Below, piece after piece: positions 1-13,620 of a DNA stretch of 64,000 nt (positions are counted from its first letter, which is position 1; every line of letters begins with the position of its first letter). Below the pieces are notes generated by a model. That model saw only the letters and a list, made by a program, of their open reading frames with translations. It made no database searches and had not been told where the DNA came from. Position numbers and translations under genes: made by a program. This stretch comes from Setoptus koraiensis (lineage: Eukaryota > Animalia > Arthropoda). The stretch is from assembly GCA_048013815.1 (NCBI GenBank), contig CM106586.1, forward strand, positions 16,554,001-16,618,000, given 5' to 3'.

Positions 1-1332
1 TCAGCTGACCACTGGTCAACTAGCGCCGGTGAACCGGGCGCCGATCAACGAGCAGCAAATAGATACAAATCAATCAAGCGTCCCCGCTCTGCTGCTCTTT
101 TGGATCCTTTGGCCCGTTCGGCTGCCCGCTCCTCCGGCGCTGATGCGGCCAATTGGCCGGAGCCGGCCGGCACGACAGGCACAGATTGAGATGTAACTTG
201 TTGTTGTCGGCTGCCGATTTCAATATTGCCGGCCATGGCTTTTGTTGGCGCTGTCGCTCGCTATCCGGCATCGATATCTGCCAATATCTTCTGATATCTC
301 CTGATATCGCCACCGATATCTTGTAATATCGCCACCGATGCTTTGTAATATCGCCACTGACATCAGCGCCGGCGTCGCCGCCGTGGCCGACAATCGCAGC
401 GACACAAACGAGCGACGCAAACGAGCGACGCAAACAAGTTGTGACACACAATCGTCAATTGCCAGTCGAGTGCTCCGACGATTGCTGTTGTTGCTGCCGT
501 GAGCAAACATTTACGTCATAGGCACCTATAAAGGCTGCATCATGGTTGCATCATCATGGTTGGCAAATATTGATATTGTGTACCAATTGGCAAACAAAAG
601 CTGGCAAACAAAAATCGGTATGCATACGCGCTGTTGTTACACATACTGGCGCATTCGGCAGGTATATAGGTGTCGGTTGTTGTCCATTGTTGTGGCTTGC
701 GAGTGGCCTCGATGCGACCGCTCGTTGCCACTGCTTGTTGCGATCGGTTGTTGCGATCGGTTGTTGCGATCGGTTGTCGCGACGGCCGTCACAACAGACG
801 CTCGAGTTTGGGTCAAGTTTCAACAAACAAACTCCGAAAATTGCATGCCAACCTGAGCATTGTGCTGCCGGCCAACTTGTTGTCGGCTGCATCGACGCGC
901 CGGACAGCAGCAGCAGCAGCAAATCGACAATTGTCAGCCGGCGCAACAACGACAACAACAACAACAATTGAATTCCAACAGGTAACCAACAGGCTCAGCT
1001 GGTTGTGCAAGCATGTGACGCAATGCCAGCGGCCAGCAGTGGACAATGGACTAAGAGCAACAGTCGCTGTCGTTGGTCGCTGGCGCCGTGCAAGAGATTG
1101 CGCCGAGATAAATCGGACAACAATCATGACATAATAATTTTGTCATTATTGCTCAGCTCACCTTTGTTGTCGCTGCCGGTGCCCATTGTTGTCGTGCTCG
1201 CTGTGAGAATCGGCGCACACTCTCTTCGCCCGTCGATGGCCGCTCGCCGCACCGGCCCGATAGTCCGCCGACCGTCCGCTCGCTGCACACCGGCCCGACG
1301 GTCCGCCGATTGTCCGCCGAAAAATCTGGCAA

Positions 1333-1420
1333 AAAATCGAAAGGTCGGCCCGCCGAAAATCGAAAGATCGGCCGGCGAAAATCGATAGATCGGCCGCCGA
1401 AAATCGATAGATCGGCCGGC
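1333..1420. repeat. ~22-bp minisatellite (aaaatcgatagatcggccg..), ~4 copies
   Basis: Imperfect tandem units with atcgat and cggccg palindromic cores, read directly from the sequence. Confidence 0.75.
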
Positions 1421-2189
1421 GCGAACCACGGCCGGCCGCCACCGTCGGGCCGGCCGCTGCAGCTCTGCGGGCTCGTTCCCGCCATTGCGACCGCCTTCGA
1501 GTCGAACCCGACTCGATCGCTGTAATTTGACTACGCGCCCGTCAATTGGTACGTTGTGACAACGCATCAGCGAGTGTCACATGAGCAAATGCCAGTCAAC
1601 GCCGGCCCCCCTTGCGTCATTTCGCGCAAACTTCAAGCCGCTACAGCTGATCGCCAGCCCCATCGCGACCACCCCTCCGCAAGCCTGCCCCGAACGGGGC
1701 GCCGCCGTGAGCCTTTGGTGCCCTATTTGCGCGAGCAATTATTTTTTCGTTTCATCGACGCGCTCGCAAGCCAAATAAATTGTATCAATAAATCACATTG
1801 TGCAATGGGCGCCGCCGGCCCGATCTTATCTGGGGCCGCTGCTGGCGCTCTGATCGCATCTCGCGCCACGGAACGGCTCGCATATGCTCACATTTGTGCA
1901 CAGTTTGTCACATTTTGTGCGCTCACCTGTCAAGTCGGCACCGCCGAAAGCGAGTTAAGCCGCGTTTGCTCGCCGCGTCAATCCGATTGCGTCGGGCCCG
2001 ACAGCCGCGCTGGCACAGTGGCGGGCCGGCACAGAGGGCGCCGCAAGGAGGCACCCGTGCGGGCAAGCTGCGCCGCGAGCGCCTCGCTCGGCCTCGGCGA
2101 CCGTGGCCGGTCACGGATTGTTGGGGCGCGACTCTGCCCGATATTTGCGCACTGCGGCTTGTTTTTAATTCTCGCTCGCAAATCTCGCC

Positions 2190-2270
2190 CGCAATCCGCG
2201 TCTCGCAATTCCCGACTCGCAATCCGCGACTCGCAATCCGCGACTCGCAATTCCCGACTCGCAATTCTCG
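2190..2270. repeat. 14-bp minisatellite (ctcgcaatccgcga / ctcgcaattcccga)
   Basis: About 5-6 tandem copies of two alternating variants. Confidence 0.8.
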
Positions 2271-4619
2271 TTCGCGTTAGACGCTCTTTTGGCCGGACAG
2301 TTTTCGGCGTGGTGTGCGTGTGTGTCGTGCCATTTGCACAATACCAGCTACTAACTAGCAGTAATTTGTCACTGTCATGTTAGAGATTTCAGCCATCGAT
2401 TGGCGCGCACCCGACGAGCCCTGGTGCGCGGTGCACGGTGCGAGGCGCACGGTGAGCGGTGCACGGGTGAGCGGTGCATGGTGCGCGGTGCGCGGCGAGC
2501 GGTGCACGGGTGGCGTGCGGGGTTACGGGGGCCAGTGGAAAGGTGACACGTTGCCTGGTTGAGACGGACGGGCATACAAGTGATTAGACAATTGACATCG
2601 GCCGATCGTGTGACGCGTCACGCCAAACAACTTCACGTGCCAGCGGAGCAATGCAACAATTCAAACAATGCTCTGGGTTGTTCATCATTATTTTGGTTGC
2701 TCGTCGCTGGTTTGCTGGCTGGTTTGCTGGCTGGTTTGCGTGCTCTCATTATCGTCTCCGCGCCGCCATTGTGCATAACCGGCCCGTCGGCCGCCGAAAC
2801 AGGACCGACGCGGCGGCCCGTCAACCGCCCAAATGGGACCGACGACGATTGACAGATTTACCTGGCGGCCCGGCGTGCAGCTCATTAGCGTTGCTTTGTC
2901 CGGCTGACCGCTGTCGGCCGCCAACCAATCGGCCGGACAAAGCCGGCGAAAAAAGCAGCGCCTGCTCAAAAGACCTGTGACTCACTCGTGATCGGTCAAT
3001 TATTATGAGCAACCACCGCAAACATGCGGCCCGTCGACCGCATGTTGAACGGGTGCGCGCCATTGTTGCCCGACCATTTGTTGATGTTCGCTTCGTGTGA
3101 CAGTTCAATCAATTATTGGATGACGTGCCAGCTCATTAAATGCGCCTCACAACCGCCCAGGCGACATTTGCTCCTTGGCCGCCCCGTGCCGCTGTCGCGA
3201 CTCGCCGCCCTGTGCCGCTGTCGCCCCAATCCGACGCCGGCCCGTTTGGGCAATCGGGCGAGAATCTCGGGAAATTTCCGGCCGTCTATTGCCCGCGCGC
3301 TGGCTCGGCCAACTGAGCGAGCCGCTAACCAGCCGAGCGGCCAACCAGCCGAGAGCGGCCAACCGGGCGAGCGGCGCAATCGCCCCAAATGCCCCGAATC
3401 GGGGCATTTGTGCGCAGTGACTGCGCAGCGACAAGTGCGACACGCGCGACAACGAAGCCAACAATGTTGCACAATGTTCGCCTGGTGCAGCCTTGGGCCC
3501 ACAATGTGCCGTCGGACGATTTGCGCGTGTTTCCTCTCGAATTGTGCGCAACTTTGCTCTCGAACGCTCGCTACAACTGTCGAGAAAGAGTGGCGAAGTA
3601 ACAGCCACTTGACTATATATATCCGCTGCGACAGTTATAGTTCAGCCTGAGTCAGTCAGTCTGACTCTGACACTGTCGGACTCTGACGCTGTCGGACTCT
3701 GGCGCTGTCAGTAGGCGGATAATCCCCGCGCGTTACACCACTGACATATGCGAAGTAACACCCCGCCGTGTGGCTTGGCGGTGCCCCGGCGGGGTACGCG
3801 GTGCCCAGCCGGTCGTTTTGGGGCCGACGTCGGGCAGGCACCTTTGCGGAGCGTCACGCTGTCTAGAGCACATTTCATTGTTGCGTTTTATTGTCGGCAA
3901 CAGCTGAGTCATGTGCAATTGCGACAATTTTCACAATTTGCGAGCATTGGTGCGGTGCGGGTGCGACGCGGTCGCTAAAGGGCACTTTTTGCAGTGGAGG
4001 GCACCTATTGCAGAGGAGGGCACCTATTGCAGAGCAGGGCACTTATCCTAGAAAAGGGCACTTCGCGTGCACCCTCTTGTGCGCATGCAGTGCGATCTTG
4101 TGCGCATGGCCATGCTTCTCTGTGCAGTTCGGGCAAGCAGCAGCAGCAGCCGCAACACAATTGGTTGGGTGCGGCCCCCTTGGCCCGCTTACATTGTGCG
4201 CGCTTGTGCGCGCTTGTGTGCGCTAGTGTGGCGGGGGCCGGCACAAGGGGCGACAAGAGGGGAGGCAGCCTGTATTAATGCGCACAAGCGTATGTTGCAT
4301 GGCAATAAAGTGCGCGTAAAGTAGCGAGCATCCATTAAGCGAAGTAGCAAGTTGATCTATCTCACTCGCGACTTGCAAGCCACTGTGAGTACTGGCAGTC
4401 GATTTGGCATTTTTGCTGCCTTAATCAATATCCATTCATTAGCATTATTCGCCTGTTCGGCCGAGTTTCAGCGTGAAGCGCGAACGCCGAGCCACGTCCC
4501 AGAGCAGCCACGTCGAGAAGAAGCTTCGAAAGAATCGCCGAAAGAATCGCCGAGATCGGCCAACGTGAAGATCGCCGAAAAGAAAAGAATCGCCCAGAAG
4601 AGGGCGAGCGAAGAACCCG

Positions 4620-4700
4620 AAGAAGCGAAGAAGCGAAGAGCGAAGAAGCGAAGAGCGAAGAAGCGAAGAAGCGAAGAAGCGAAGAAGCGAAGAGCGAAGA
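4620..4700. repeat. Purine-rich 15-bp repeat (gaagaagcgaagagc) in the probable CBF-beta 5' UTR
   Basis: Tandem copies immediately upstream of the ATG at 4765. A candidate 5' UTR intron lies at 4385-4471 (ct|gtgagt ... tttcag). Confidence 0.7.
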
Positions 4701-4764
4701 ACCTGAAGAAGAGAAGCGCCAACCAGCAAGCCGCTGCATGTATCAGTTCAGTCAAGAAGCAGCC

Positions 4765-7676
4765 ATGATGTTGCCCTTCGAGACGCCAACCATATTTGAG
4801 CAATTGCCAAAATACATCTATCAGATGCCCGTCGTGTTCATCAATCAGAAGCGCCTGTTTGAGGAGAACGACCTGTTCAGACAATTGTCGCACGAGTCGC
4901 CCGTCAAATACACGGGCTACAAGGACAGGCCCATGGACGAGCGCCAGCGCCAGTTCATCGAGGACTGTCACTCGATCGGCCGAACAGAGGTGTCGTTTGT
5001 GCAAACGGGCAACCAATTCACATTGTTCTTCAATCCACATTCGAATCCCGCCTTCGGCAGCGAGGGCTGCGACTTTGAGAAGGAGCGCGGCAAGGTGAGT
5101 CGACATGACAATTTTTAGTTTATTTGACAGTTTGTCCCGAGTGATTTTGGGCGATTTTGAGCGATTTTGAGTGATGCAATCCAATTCATCTGGCTCGATA
5201 TCCGCCGACTGACGCCATTGTAATTAGCGCATCGGGGCATTCGCCAGCGGGCCAGCGGCACAGCGCGCTCACCACTGTGCCGCGCGCACTCGGCCGCACA
5301 GCCGAGCTGCGAATCGTGCAGCGCGCAATTATAGGCTCGCTCGCATATAGGCGCGCACTGTGACCAATCGCTGTGACGCGCCTCTGTGCACTCCAGCGCA
5401 TTTTGGCCGACGGGGCCCCGTGCGCAAATTTCAAAGTCGACAAAATACGATATGATACAATAGTGATAATAGTGGCGACTGTTAACTAATTAACCGATAT
5501 ACTAATTAATCGATTCACACGCATATAGGTGCACATCAAGTCGGGCTTCATACTTAACGGAGTGTGCGTTTTGTGGCGCGGCTGGATCGACATCCAGCGG
5601 CTCGAGGGCTTCGGCTGTCTCGAGTTCGACGAGGATCGGGCCGATCTTGAGGACTCGCTGTTGCGCGACAGAATGGACAAATACAAGGCACAAAAGAGGG
5701 ACTTTGAGCAACGCGAACGCATGTACAAGGCCGTTCAAGCGGCCGCCTCCTTCCCCCTGGCGCCCCAGCCGCCGCCGCCCCATCATCACCAGTTAATACA
5801 CTCAATGGCAGCGGGCGGCGCGCCCGTCCCGCCGCCACCGCCGCACTCCCTGTCGGACCCGTTTGGAAGCGCCGCCGCCGCGGCCGCCATGTCCCTGGGA
5901 GCCGCCGCGGCCGCCGGTTTTGCCGCTCCGCCCACTCACCTGTCGTCTCTAGCGTCTATTGGAGCGGCGGCACCCATGATTAATCAGCAACAACAAATTA
6001 AATCGTCTACGTCACCTCAGCCCCCAACGGCCAACAACAACAACATCAATACCAACAGCAGCGCACAACTGTTGCGACCGGGCTCGGTCGACTCGACAAA
6101 AACAACAACAACACCAGCAACAACAAACAATGCAACAACAAAAACAAGTGAACAACAACAGTTTCAGCAAGACGACGACCAGCAAGACGACGACAATATT
6201 CAAATTGACATAGAGAGCACAACAACCAACGACAATCAACAACAGCAGCCCCCCTTCATCAGCAGCAGCGCCAGGCACACGAGCAAGCCAACGTCGAAAT
6301 CCAGCAAGACACAACAACAACAACAACAACCAACCACAAACAAACTAGAGCAACAGACAACAAACAACGGTAGCAGTCACGTCATTGCGCCACCATGTCC
6401 GCCCATTAGCAGCAACAATCAGCAACCGTTTATGACAAGTGGTGGCCCGACCACGGTGCCACCACCGCTCGGCTTGGTGGCGGGTAGCGGAGGCCCGGGC
6501 GGCGGCCCAGGCGCCCTGGGTGTGCCGCCGGGCAGCCAGAGCGCGTACGCAGTTGCAGCGGCCGCCCTATCGCTCAATCATCACCTAGGCCAGCATCACG
6601 CCCATTTGGCGGCCCTATCGGCCGGTTATCCGGGTGCGGTTCTGCCAGCAACGCACGCGGGCGTGCCACCACCGCCACCGCTTCCAGCAAGCTACCCGGG
6701 CCTAGACGGCGGTGTGGGCGGGGGTCCGTTTGGCGGCCCAGTGCCGACCGGACACAATCTGCTGAGTCCCATCAGTATGGCCAAGAGTCAGGCTGCCGCT
6801 TTAGGTGGCGCCCTAAATGCGCTCACTAATTCACTGGCGGCCAGTCTGACATCGCCGCCAGGCGGCCAGCAACAGCAACAACAGCAGCAGTTCAACAACA
6901 ACAACAACAATCAATTGCATAATCACCACAATCACGGGCATCACAACAACAACGGCAACAACAACAATCATCATCATCAGCAGCAGCAACAACAACAACA
7001 AAAGCACATGCACAACCATCAATCTAATCAACACAATCATCAGTCTGCACCCTCGTCTCACCAGGCGCCCACACACAATCATCACAATCATCATCATCAC
7101 CATCATCATCAACAACTACCTGTGCATCATCATCACCAGCAACAACTGACCAATATAGGCGGCCAGCAGCACCCAACAGCAAACAACAACAACAACCGAC
7201 ACCACAGTAGCAGTTCGGTGAACAGCGACGACAGTGGCGCCACTCTGGTGGTGGGCGGTTGTTCGCCCCCGCTCGACGCACAACACCAACAACATCAACA
7301 ACAGCCACAGCAGGCACCAGCTTCAACTGGCAACAACAACAACAACAACACTAATTCGCAACATTACCACCAATCGGCGCATGCAAATCATCAATTAAAG
7401 TCAAGCTCTGCCTCGCCGTCGCCACTATCGTCGTCGTCGTCGTCGTCGGCGTCATCGACCTCCTCATCGTCGTCACTGTCACTGACGAGCTCACCATCTA
7501 TTGCGTCATCAAATCACCACCAGCAGAACAGCAGGCAGCATTTGAGTCAGGCCAACAGTGTGCCAATACTGTCTAGCAGCCGATCTGTCAACCACCAATC
7601 GTCACTAGGTGGCAACACAGGCAAACACCCCAACAGCCAGTCAGAGGTAAGTGTGTGTGTGAGGTCTAACTACTAG
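4765..7676 (+). CDS. CBFB: Core-binding factor beta subunit (Brother/Big brother orthologue) with a long His/Gln/Asn/Ser-rich C-terminal extension. Exons 4765-5094 and 5529-7646, then either read-through to TAG at 7676 or splicing to a candidate terminal exon at 7865-7903.
   Basis: Exon 1 reads MMLPFE..MPVVFINQKRLFEENDLFRQLSHESPVKYTGYKDRP..SFVQTGNQFTLFF..CDFEKERGK. Exon 2 reads VHIKSGFILNGVCVLWRGWIDIQRLEGFGCLEFDEDRA. Both match CBF-beta motifs (KYTGFRDRP; ILNGVCVxWxGWIDLxRLDGxGCLEFDEERA). Phase-0 intron: aag|gtgagt at 5095, tatag| at 5528. A second strong donor gag|gtaagt is at 7647. Confidence 0.93.
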
Positions 7677-8804
7677 CTATCTTTCGTTGCTCGCCATTAG
7701 GGGCGCCCTGGTCGCCCGGATGATGATTGTTTTCGGATCGGAGCGGCGCTTCGTGCGAACGCGACCAAGCGTAAAGGTGGCGTTCGAAAGTTTGTTGCTC
7801 TTATGCAAACAACTGATTGGGGCCCTCGGCGCGGCGGCCAGTATCAACTGGCGCTGACAAACAGTCACTTCTCGCCCACGGCTTACGCAACAACGTGATT
7901 TGATACGTGCGACGAGCGATTTTTTCGCGTGCGCCCGCCGCTCAGTGGGCCGAGCAGCCGCGTCACCAGTGTCATCGGCGTCACCAGTGTCGCCAGCGTC
8001 GCCCGCGTCACTGGTGCGGGCCGGCGACGGCCGACAGTCGGCGCGACAACGGTGACATTAAAATCACGGCCCGCTTGTCAAAATATTTTGACGCGCGCTC
8101 TGCGCGCTCGCTTCTGGGGCGCCGTGCGCAAACAAATGTGCCCGCTCGTGTGTCGCTGCGCTAATAAAGAGGAAGCCAGTTAGCGAGCGCGCCGGCGCGT
8201 GCAAGCTCCCGCGGCCCCTATATGCCAGCCCGTGCGCCCGAGTGAGTGGCCCAGCCGGCGCTCGATTGGGGCCCGTCAATCGAGTTGTCGAGTCGTGTAC
8301 GCAAGCCGTTGGCAGGCAGTGGCTCAGTGGCCCAGTGGCGCATATTTGGCGTGGGGCCAACTCAATTTACTACGATTGCGTCATGTAATGCACGTGCCGC
8401 CGTGTGCAGCACACAGTCTGGCGCGCACACGTCCCCGGCCTGTGCCTCTTTTCGTGTTCTCGCTCGTGTTCTCGCTCGTGTTCTTGCTACGTGCGCCACT
8501 GGTGTGAGTGTGTGTCTGTCTGTCTGTTTGTGTGTGTCTGGCCCCAATTTGGGGACTCGACATTCGCCAGCAGAGAGACACTTGAGAGAGGCGCAGTTCG
8601 TGTGAGCCGCGCACAGCGAGACAAACTTCCGGAATGTAGCTGTGTCCGTAATGACACGCACCGGAACGGCTAGTCGTTGGTGTGTTTCCGCCGGCTATTT
8701 TTCGTTTAGTTTCGGCCCGTGGCTGCGACAAAATATCGGCGCCCACATTGGCGCAGCACTGTCGTCTCACAAGTTGTCAGTGGCACACAGCAACGTTGTC
8801 TCAA

Positions 8805-8870
8805 TGGCACAGAGCACCGTTTTCTCACTGGCACACAGCACCGTTTTCTCACTGGCACACAGCACCGTTG
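8805..8870. repeat. 24-bp minisatellite (ggcacacagcaccgttttctcact)
   Basis: About 3 tandem copies. Confidence 0.75.
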
Positions 8871-11030
8871 TCTTAACGGCGCCCCATTGGGCAGCGGCCA
8901 GTGGCGGCGCGCCCCTTCTCTGGGCATTTCGCCGACCCAGTGGCGACTTTGTGTGCCGCTGCGCGCACACAGTCCGCACAACCAGCGCGCACTGTGCACT
9001 GGCAAGATCGTTATCACGGCTGCCAGCACCGATTTCTCGAGCCACCATTGTGTGTCTAGACTCTAGACCATTATGTGCATTGGCCAGGCACGAAACAAGA
9101 GACTGTCCGCTTTTTATCGCGCAACATCAGGCGCCATTTCATGGCAATGGCCGGCAGCGACACTGCGAGCACCTTCACAGGTGAGTCGGCGTGAGAGGCG
9201 GCCGCGGTGTGAGAAAATGGCACTTGTTTGTTTGTTGCTGGTGGCCGCGCCAACGACGGCGACAGCAGCAACAACAACAACAACAACGATAACAGCAACA
9301 ACGACAACAGCAACAACAACGACAACAACAACAGCAACAACAACGACAACAGCAACAACGACAACAACGACAACGACAGCAGACAAACGAGTTGCTGTTG
9401 TTGCGCGAACTAATGTGCGCACTTGTTTGCGCCGAGTCACGAACTTGCAATCGTGACTCAATGATACATTTGTTAGGTGCCGACACACACACACACACAC
9501 ACCGGCTAATTTGCATGTGACCTCTGTGTGTGTTAGCCGTGATTGCTCGGTGCGGGCAGTGGAGTCTTGGCGCCGCCACCCAGGCCAGCGGTCAGTTTGT
9601 TCTGAGTTCGAGCCAGGTGAGCGGCTCTGTTCGAGTTGCAACGGTCGCGGTGGCGACGCAGGCCATTGCGCAACAGTGGCTGCCCATTCATTGGCCTTGC
9701 GATCGGCAGGCCAAATCGCGCAAAACAACAAAATTGTTGCCGTTGTCGGTATCGGTGTTGCGCAATCACACAAGCCCGAATGGTGGCGCAATCACACAGG
9801 CGCGAACGGTTTCGCACAGGAACAATGGCTTCGAGCGATCAACAATTGCGGCCACAATTACACATCGGCCCGTGCAACCCGCGCCCGTTTCTGTGGGAGT
9901 GGGTCCGAACTAGATAGCGATCAGTCGGGACAGTGCGCATCTCGGCGTCGTGCCGCCGAAATGCGGCCCGCCACAGCCGCTGGGTGGCGAATTTAATGGT
10001 TGTGGCCGGTGTCGGATTCATTGCGAAATAGTCTGTTCTTGTTTGTGGCGTCCATTGCTCATCGTGCCGCACTGTCAGAGAAATTGTTGGCCAATATTGC
10101 GCGATATTCCCATTGGCACTCGACAGAGTGCGTTCGAGTTTGGCTGGGAGTTTGCGGAGTTCGCGGAGTTCGCGGAGTTCGCGGAGTTCGCCGCAGCTCG
10201 CGGCTGCCGATCGGTCGGAAATCACATCATTTGGCACGACCCAGAGAATGTGTCGCAGCGAATAAGTTGCACCATTCTTTGGGCCGGCAGCTCGCCGGTT
10301 GTTGGGGCCTGGGCGGCCCCAACAAGCGAGGGCCCGGCGGTTGTTGGCCAACGACGGCACAGCACAGCCGACCCGGCCAGCACAGAACAAATAAAACAAA
10401 TAGAGATAGACAATTATTGGGCAAACTGTCCGCTCGCTGTGACGTAATATAATTGGTGGGCATGAACATTGCATTGCCAGAGATATCGCAGTGTGTGTTA
10501 AATGATGCAACGACGCCATTGAAATGTACGCGATGAATAATAATAATAATCGCTGGCCACGTGCTGTAAACGTGTACGCGAACGCGTGCAAACAATCTCT
10601 CGCCCACATACGATGCCACGATGCAATACGATACAGAATAGGCCAACATGCAGCCGTGCATTGTATAATTAGTTGTTGGCCTCTCGTTGTAATGTATGTG
10701 TGCTTGTCGTCGAGTCACAACCGACAATTGTCGCCCTGTCTGGTTGTCGTGATTGAATAAAACGAGTCGACGCTTCCGATTATTTGCGATTCTCTCTGGC
10801 ACACACACACACATGGCCATTGAAAGGGATTATGTGCCACGAGAGTTGCGTCATTTTTATCCTTGTCAGCCCATAATGTCGGGTTGTGTGGCACCGCTGA
10901 CGGCTAGCCATTGGGCGACAACAGCGGTTATTTTCCATATCGCACCCCCACACGCACACACCGAGAAATTCTGTGACAGAATGGCGCGTGCTGCTCCAAT
11001 TCGGGAATCGCTTCGAACGGGACCGTTATC

Positions 11031-11106
11031 GAATTATTGAATTGTCGAATTGTCGAATCGTTGAATCGTCGAACTGTCGAATTGTCGAATCGTCGAACTG
11101 TCGAAT
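11031..11106. repeat. 8-bp repeat (tcgaattg / tcgaatcg / tcgaactg)
   Basis: About 9 degenerate tandem units with a tcga core. Confidence 0.75.
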
Positions 11107-13524
11107 TGCTTCTCATGCTATGATACACCAACAACTAACAACAACCGTTTTCTTGTTTTTCCATATATTCCCCCTATTAACTCACAACAACCATCACAAC
11201 AACAGAGTGAGCATCAACAACAACGCAAAAAGATACGCCACGGCCACAACAACCACCACCACAACCACCACCACCACACGCACCACAGCAACCACCATCA
11301 CGGCGGCCACCATCGTTCGGACGGGCACCACAAGTCGCTGAGTGGGCGAGTTGGCCAGGTTGGCGAGCCATCGCTCAAGAAGGAGACCTTCGCCTAGATC
11401 GAGTGTTGTCTATTTAAACTATGCGAGCGAGTCTAAACTAATTATCCAGTTACTAGACTATAAAAGCGGACGAATTGCGCAGCAATATGTATCATAAGCA
11501 CCATTGGTAGTAGTAGTTGTAGCAGTGCAATAAACAAAGCAAACTCAGCATGAGCATTAAATTAACGGCAAACTAATTAACAATTAACTGATTAACCTGT
11601 GTTTGATTGACCTCGGCCGGTGTCAACTGTCACCGGGGGCGAGATTGCTTTTCCTCGACTCACCTGTCAGTTTATCTCTTCTCGCAACTTGTCAGTTTAT
11701 CTCTTATCGCAACTTGTCGCAAGCACTGTCTTGCGTCGCGCTCGTCGTCCAACAACAACCAACATGTTCAATGGATCGATGTATCAATATGCAAATTTGA
11801 CATGGCTCGATATTATGAGCACATCATCGCTGATAGTATCAACATAGTATCGCGCAGCCTATAAATAAATAAACAAACTGCATGTGACTTGCGCCGCCAA
11901 ACAAGACTATACAAGGCTATGCAAACACAAACAACAACCACCGATGTTGTCGCGATTGTCGCCGCCGCTGTCGCCACGGTGCCAATGAGACAACAATTGC
12001 GTCACAATCAACTCGCAAAAAACCTGTGTTGACCCCAAAGTGGCAAAAGTCCATTTTGACTGGTGTCGCCAATTGTCAGCACTCACTAAAACCGGTGGGC
12101 ACTGGAACCGGCAGCGACTTTGGCCATTTCTCAACAAAACTTGCAACCGAGTTCGCTGAACGGACCCATTTTGAGTAGATATTTGCAGCTTACATAAGTT
12201 TGTTGCACCGTTGCACCATTGCACCATTACCATTGCGCCATTACCATTGCACTGTCGCACCGTTGCGTCACAGCGCTCGAGTGGGGGCATCGGCAAAGTT
12301 GTTTACTTTGCTCCAATTTATGTTGCGTCACAACAAACACACTTACACAGTGTGTGTGTGTGTGCAGTGTGTGACGCAATAAGGCACAAAAACTATTGCG
12401 ATGCCGGGCCGAGTTTGAGAGTGCGCTCAAGTATGAACAATAATGACCCCAAGCTCTCTTATACTTTTCAGCTTTTGTCTCCATATTGCACCGCTGCACC
12501 GTGCTGCACCGCGCTGCACCTCGCTGCACCAGTGTCGGTGCGGTGCGCTTTTTTAGCGGGCGCACTTGTTGTGGCGACATGCCAGCGTGCGGCACAGGCG
12601 CACATCGATCGACGGCACATATCGAGCACAGCCGAGACGCTTGGGGCGGCCACTTGTTATATCAGCAGCTATTGCGCAATCAGCGCTACTTTGCCCGGCC
12701 AACCGATGCCCCGCTTACGCAACAACAACAACAACAACAACATTTGACAGCGCCGACCGAAAGAGGCCAACATTTGAGCGGTTGCGGCAAGTGCGCCGAC
12801 ACAAGCGGCCAGCGCAGCGCGCCACGAGCAGCAAGTGGCGGATAATGGCGCTGATTGGCAGCGCGCAAACGGGGGCCCGCGAGCGGAAAGAATCCATTAT
12901 TTCGCTCAAGTGATTTCATTATTTGATTGATTCTCGTGCGCCCTTCGACGGGCCGCCGGCGCGCCGCGCCGTTTTTTCGCCGCGATATCGGGCGCGTCAT
13001 TAGGCCGCCGCACTCTGGCTGGCCGGCCGAGTGGCTGCCAGCCGGAGTGTTTGTGCCAATTTATATCCGCTGCGTACGGTCGCCGCGTACAGCGGGTTGC
13101 CGCTGACAGCCGCGTACAGCGGGTTGCGGGCCGGATCGCGGCGTCCCGGTCGGAGCGGGCCGCACGCCGGAGCGAAGCACTTAAGCCGCGCACAGTGCGC
13201 CGCGGCTTACGCGGGCGGCCATACGGCGCGCACTGATTACAGTTGACCCCGGGCCCGAGTTGAACAGCGCCCAATAATGACGCAACTACCTACTGTCGCC
13301 AATAAGCGGCTTACGTCACGCTCGCTAACAAGCGAGCGGCGGGCAGGTTTGTTGTTCTGTGCTGCCTTCTAATGTTACATGCCCGTACCTATATCGGTCT
13401 CGGGGCGCGCCGCCCGGCCGTCCGCTGCGGGGCACCGCGCGCCCGACCGACGGCGGCCCACCGGTGGTGCCCTGGCTGCCCCACTGGCGGCGGGCCTATA
13501 TACGGCAGATGCACAGCACAATAT

Positions 13525-13620
13525 GCAGCGGATAAAGCACAATATGCGGCAGATAATGCACAACTTGCAGCGGATGATGCACAACTTGCAGCGGATGATG
13601 CACAATGTGGAGCGGATAAT
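13525..13620. repeat. 21-bp minisatellite (gcggatgatgcacaacttgca)
   Basis: About 4 imperfect tandem copies. Confidence 0.7.

Noticed and set aside
4352-4768. Lys/Arg/Glu-rich 138-aa ORF upstream of CBF-beta
   Set aside because: It has a non-ATG start and is generated by the gaagaagcgaagagc repeat in the probable 5' UTR.
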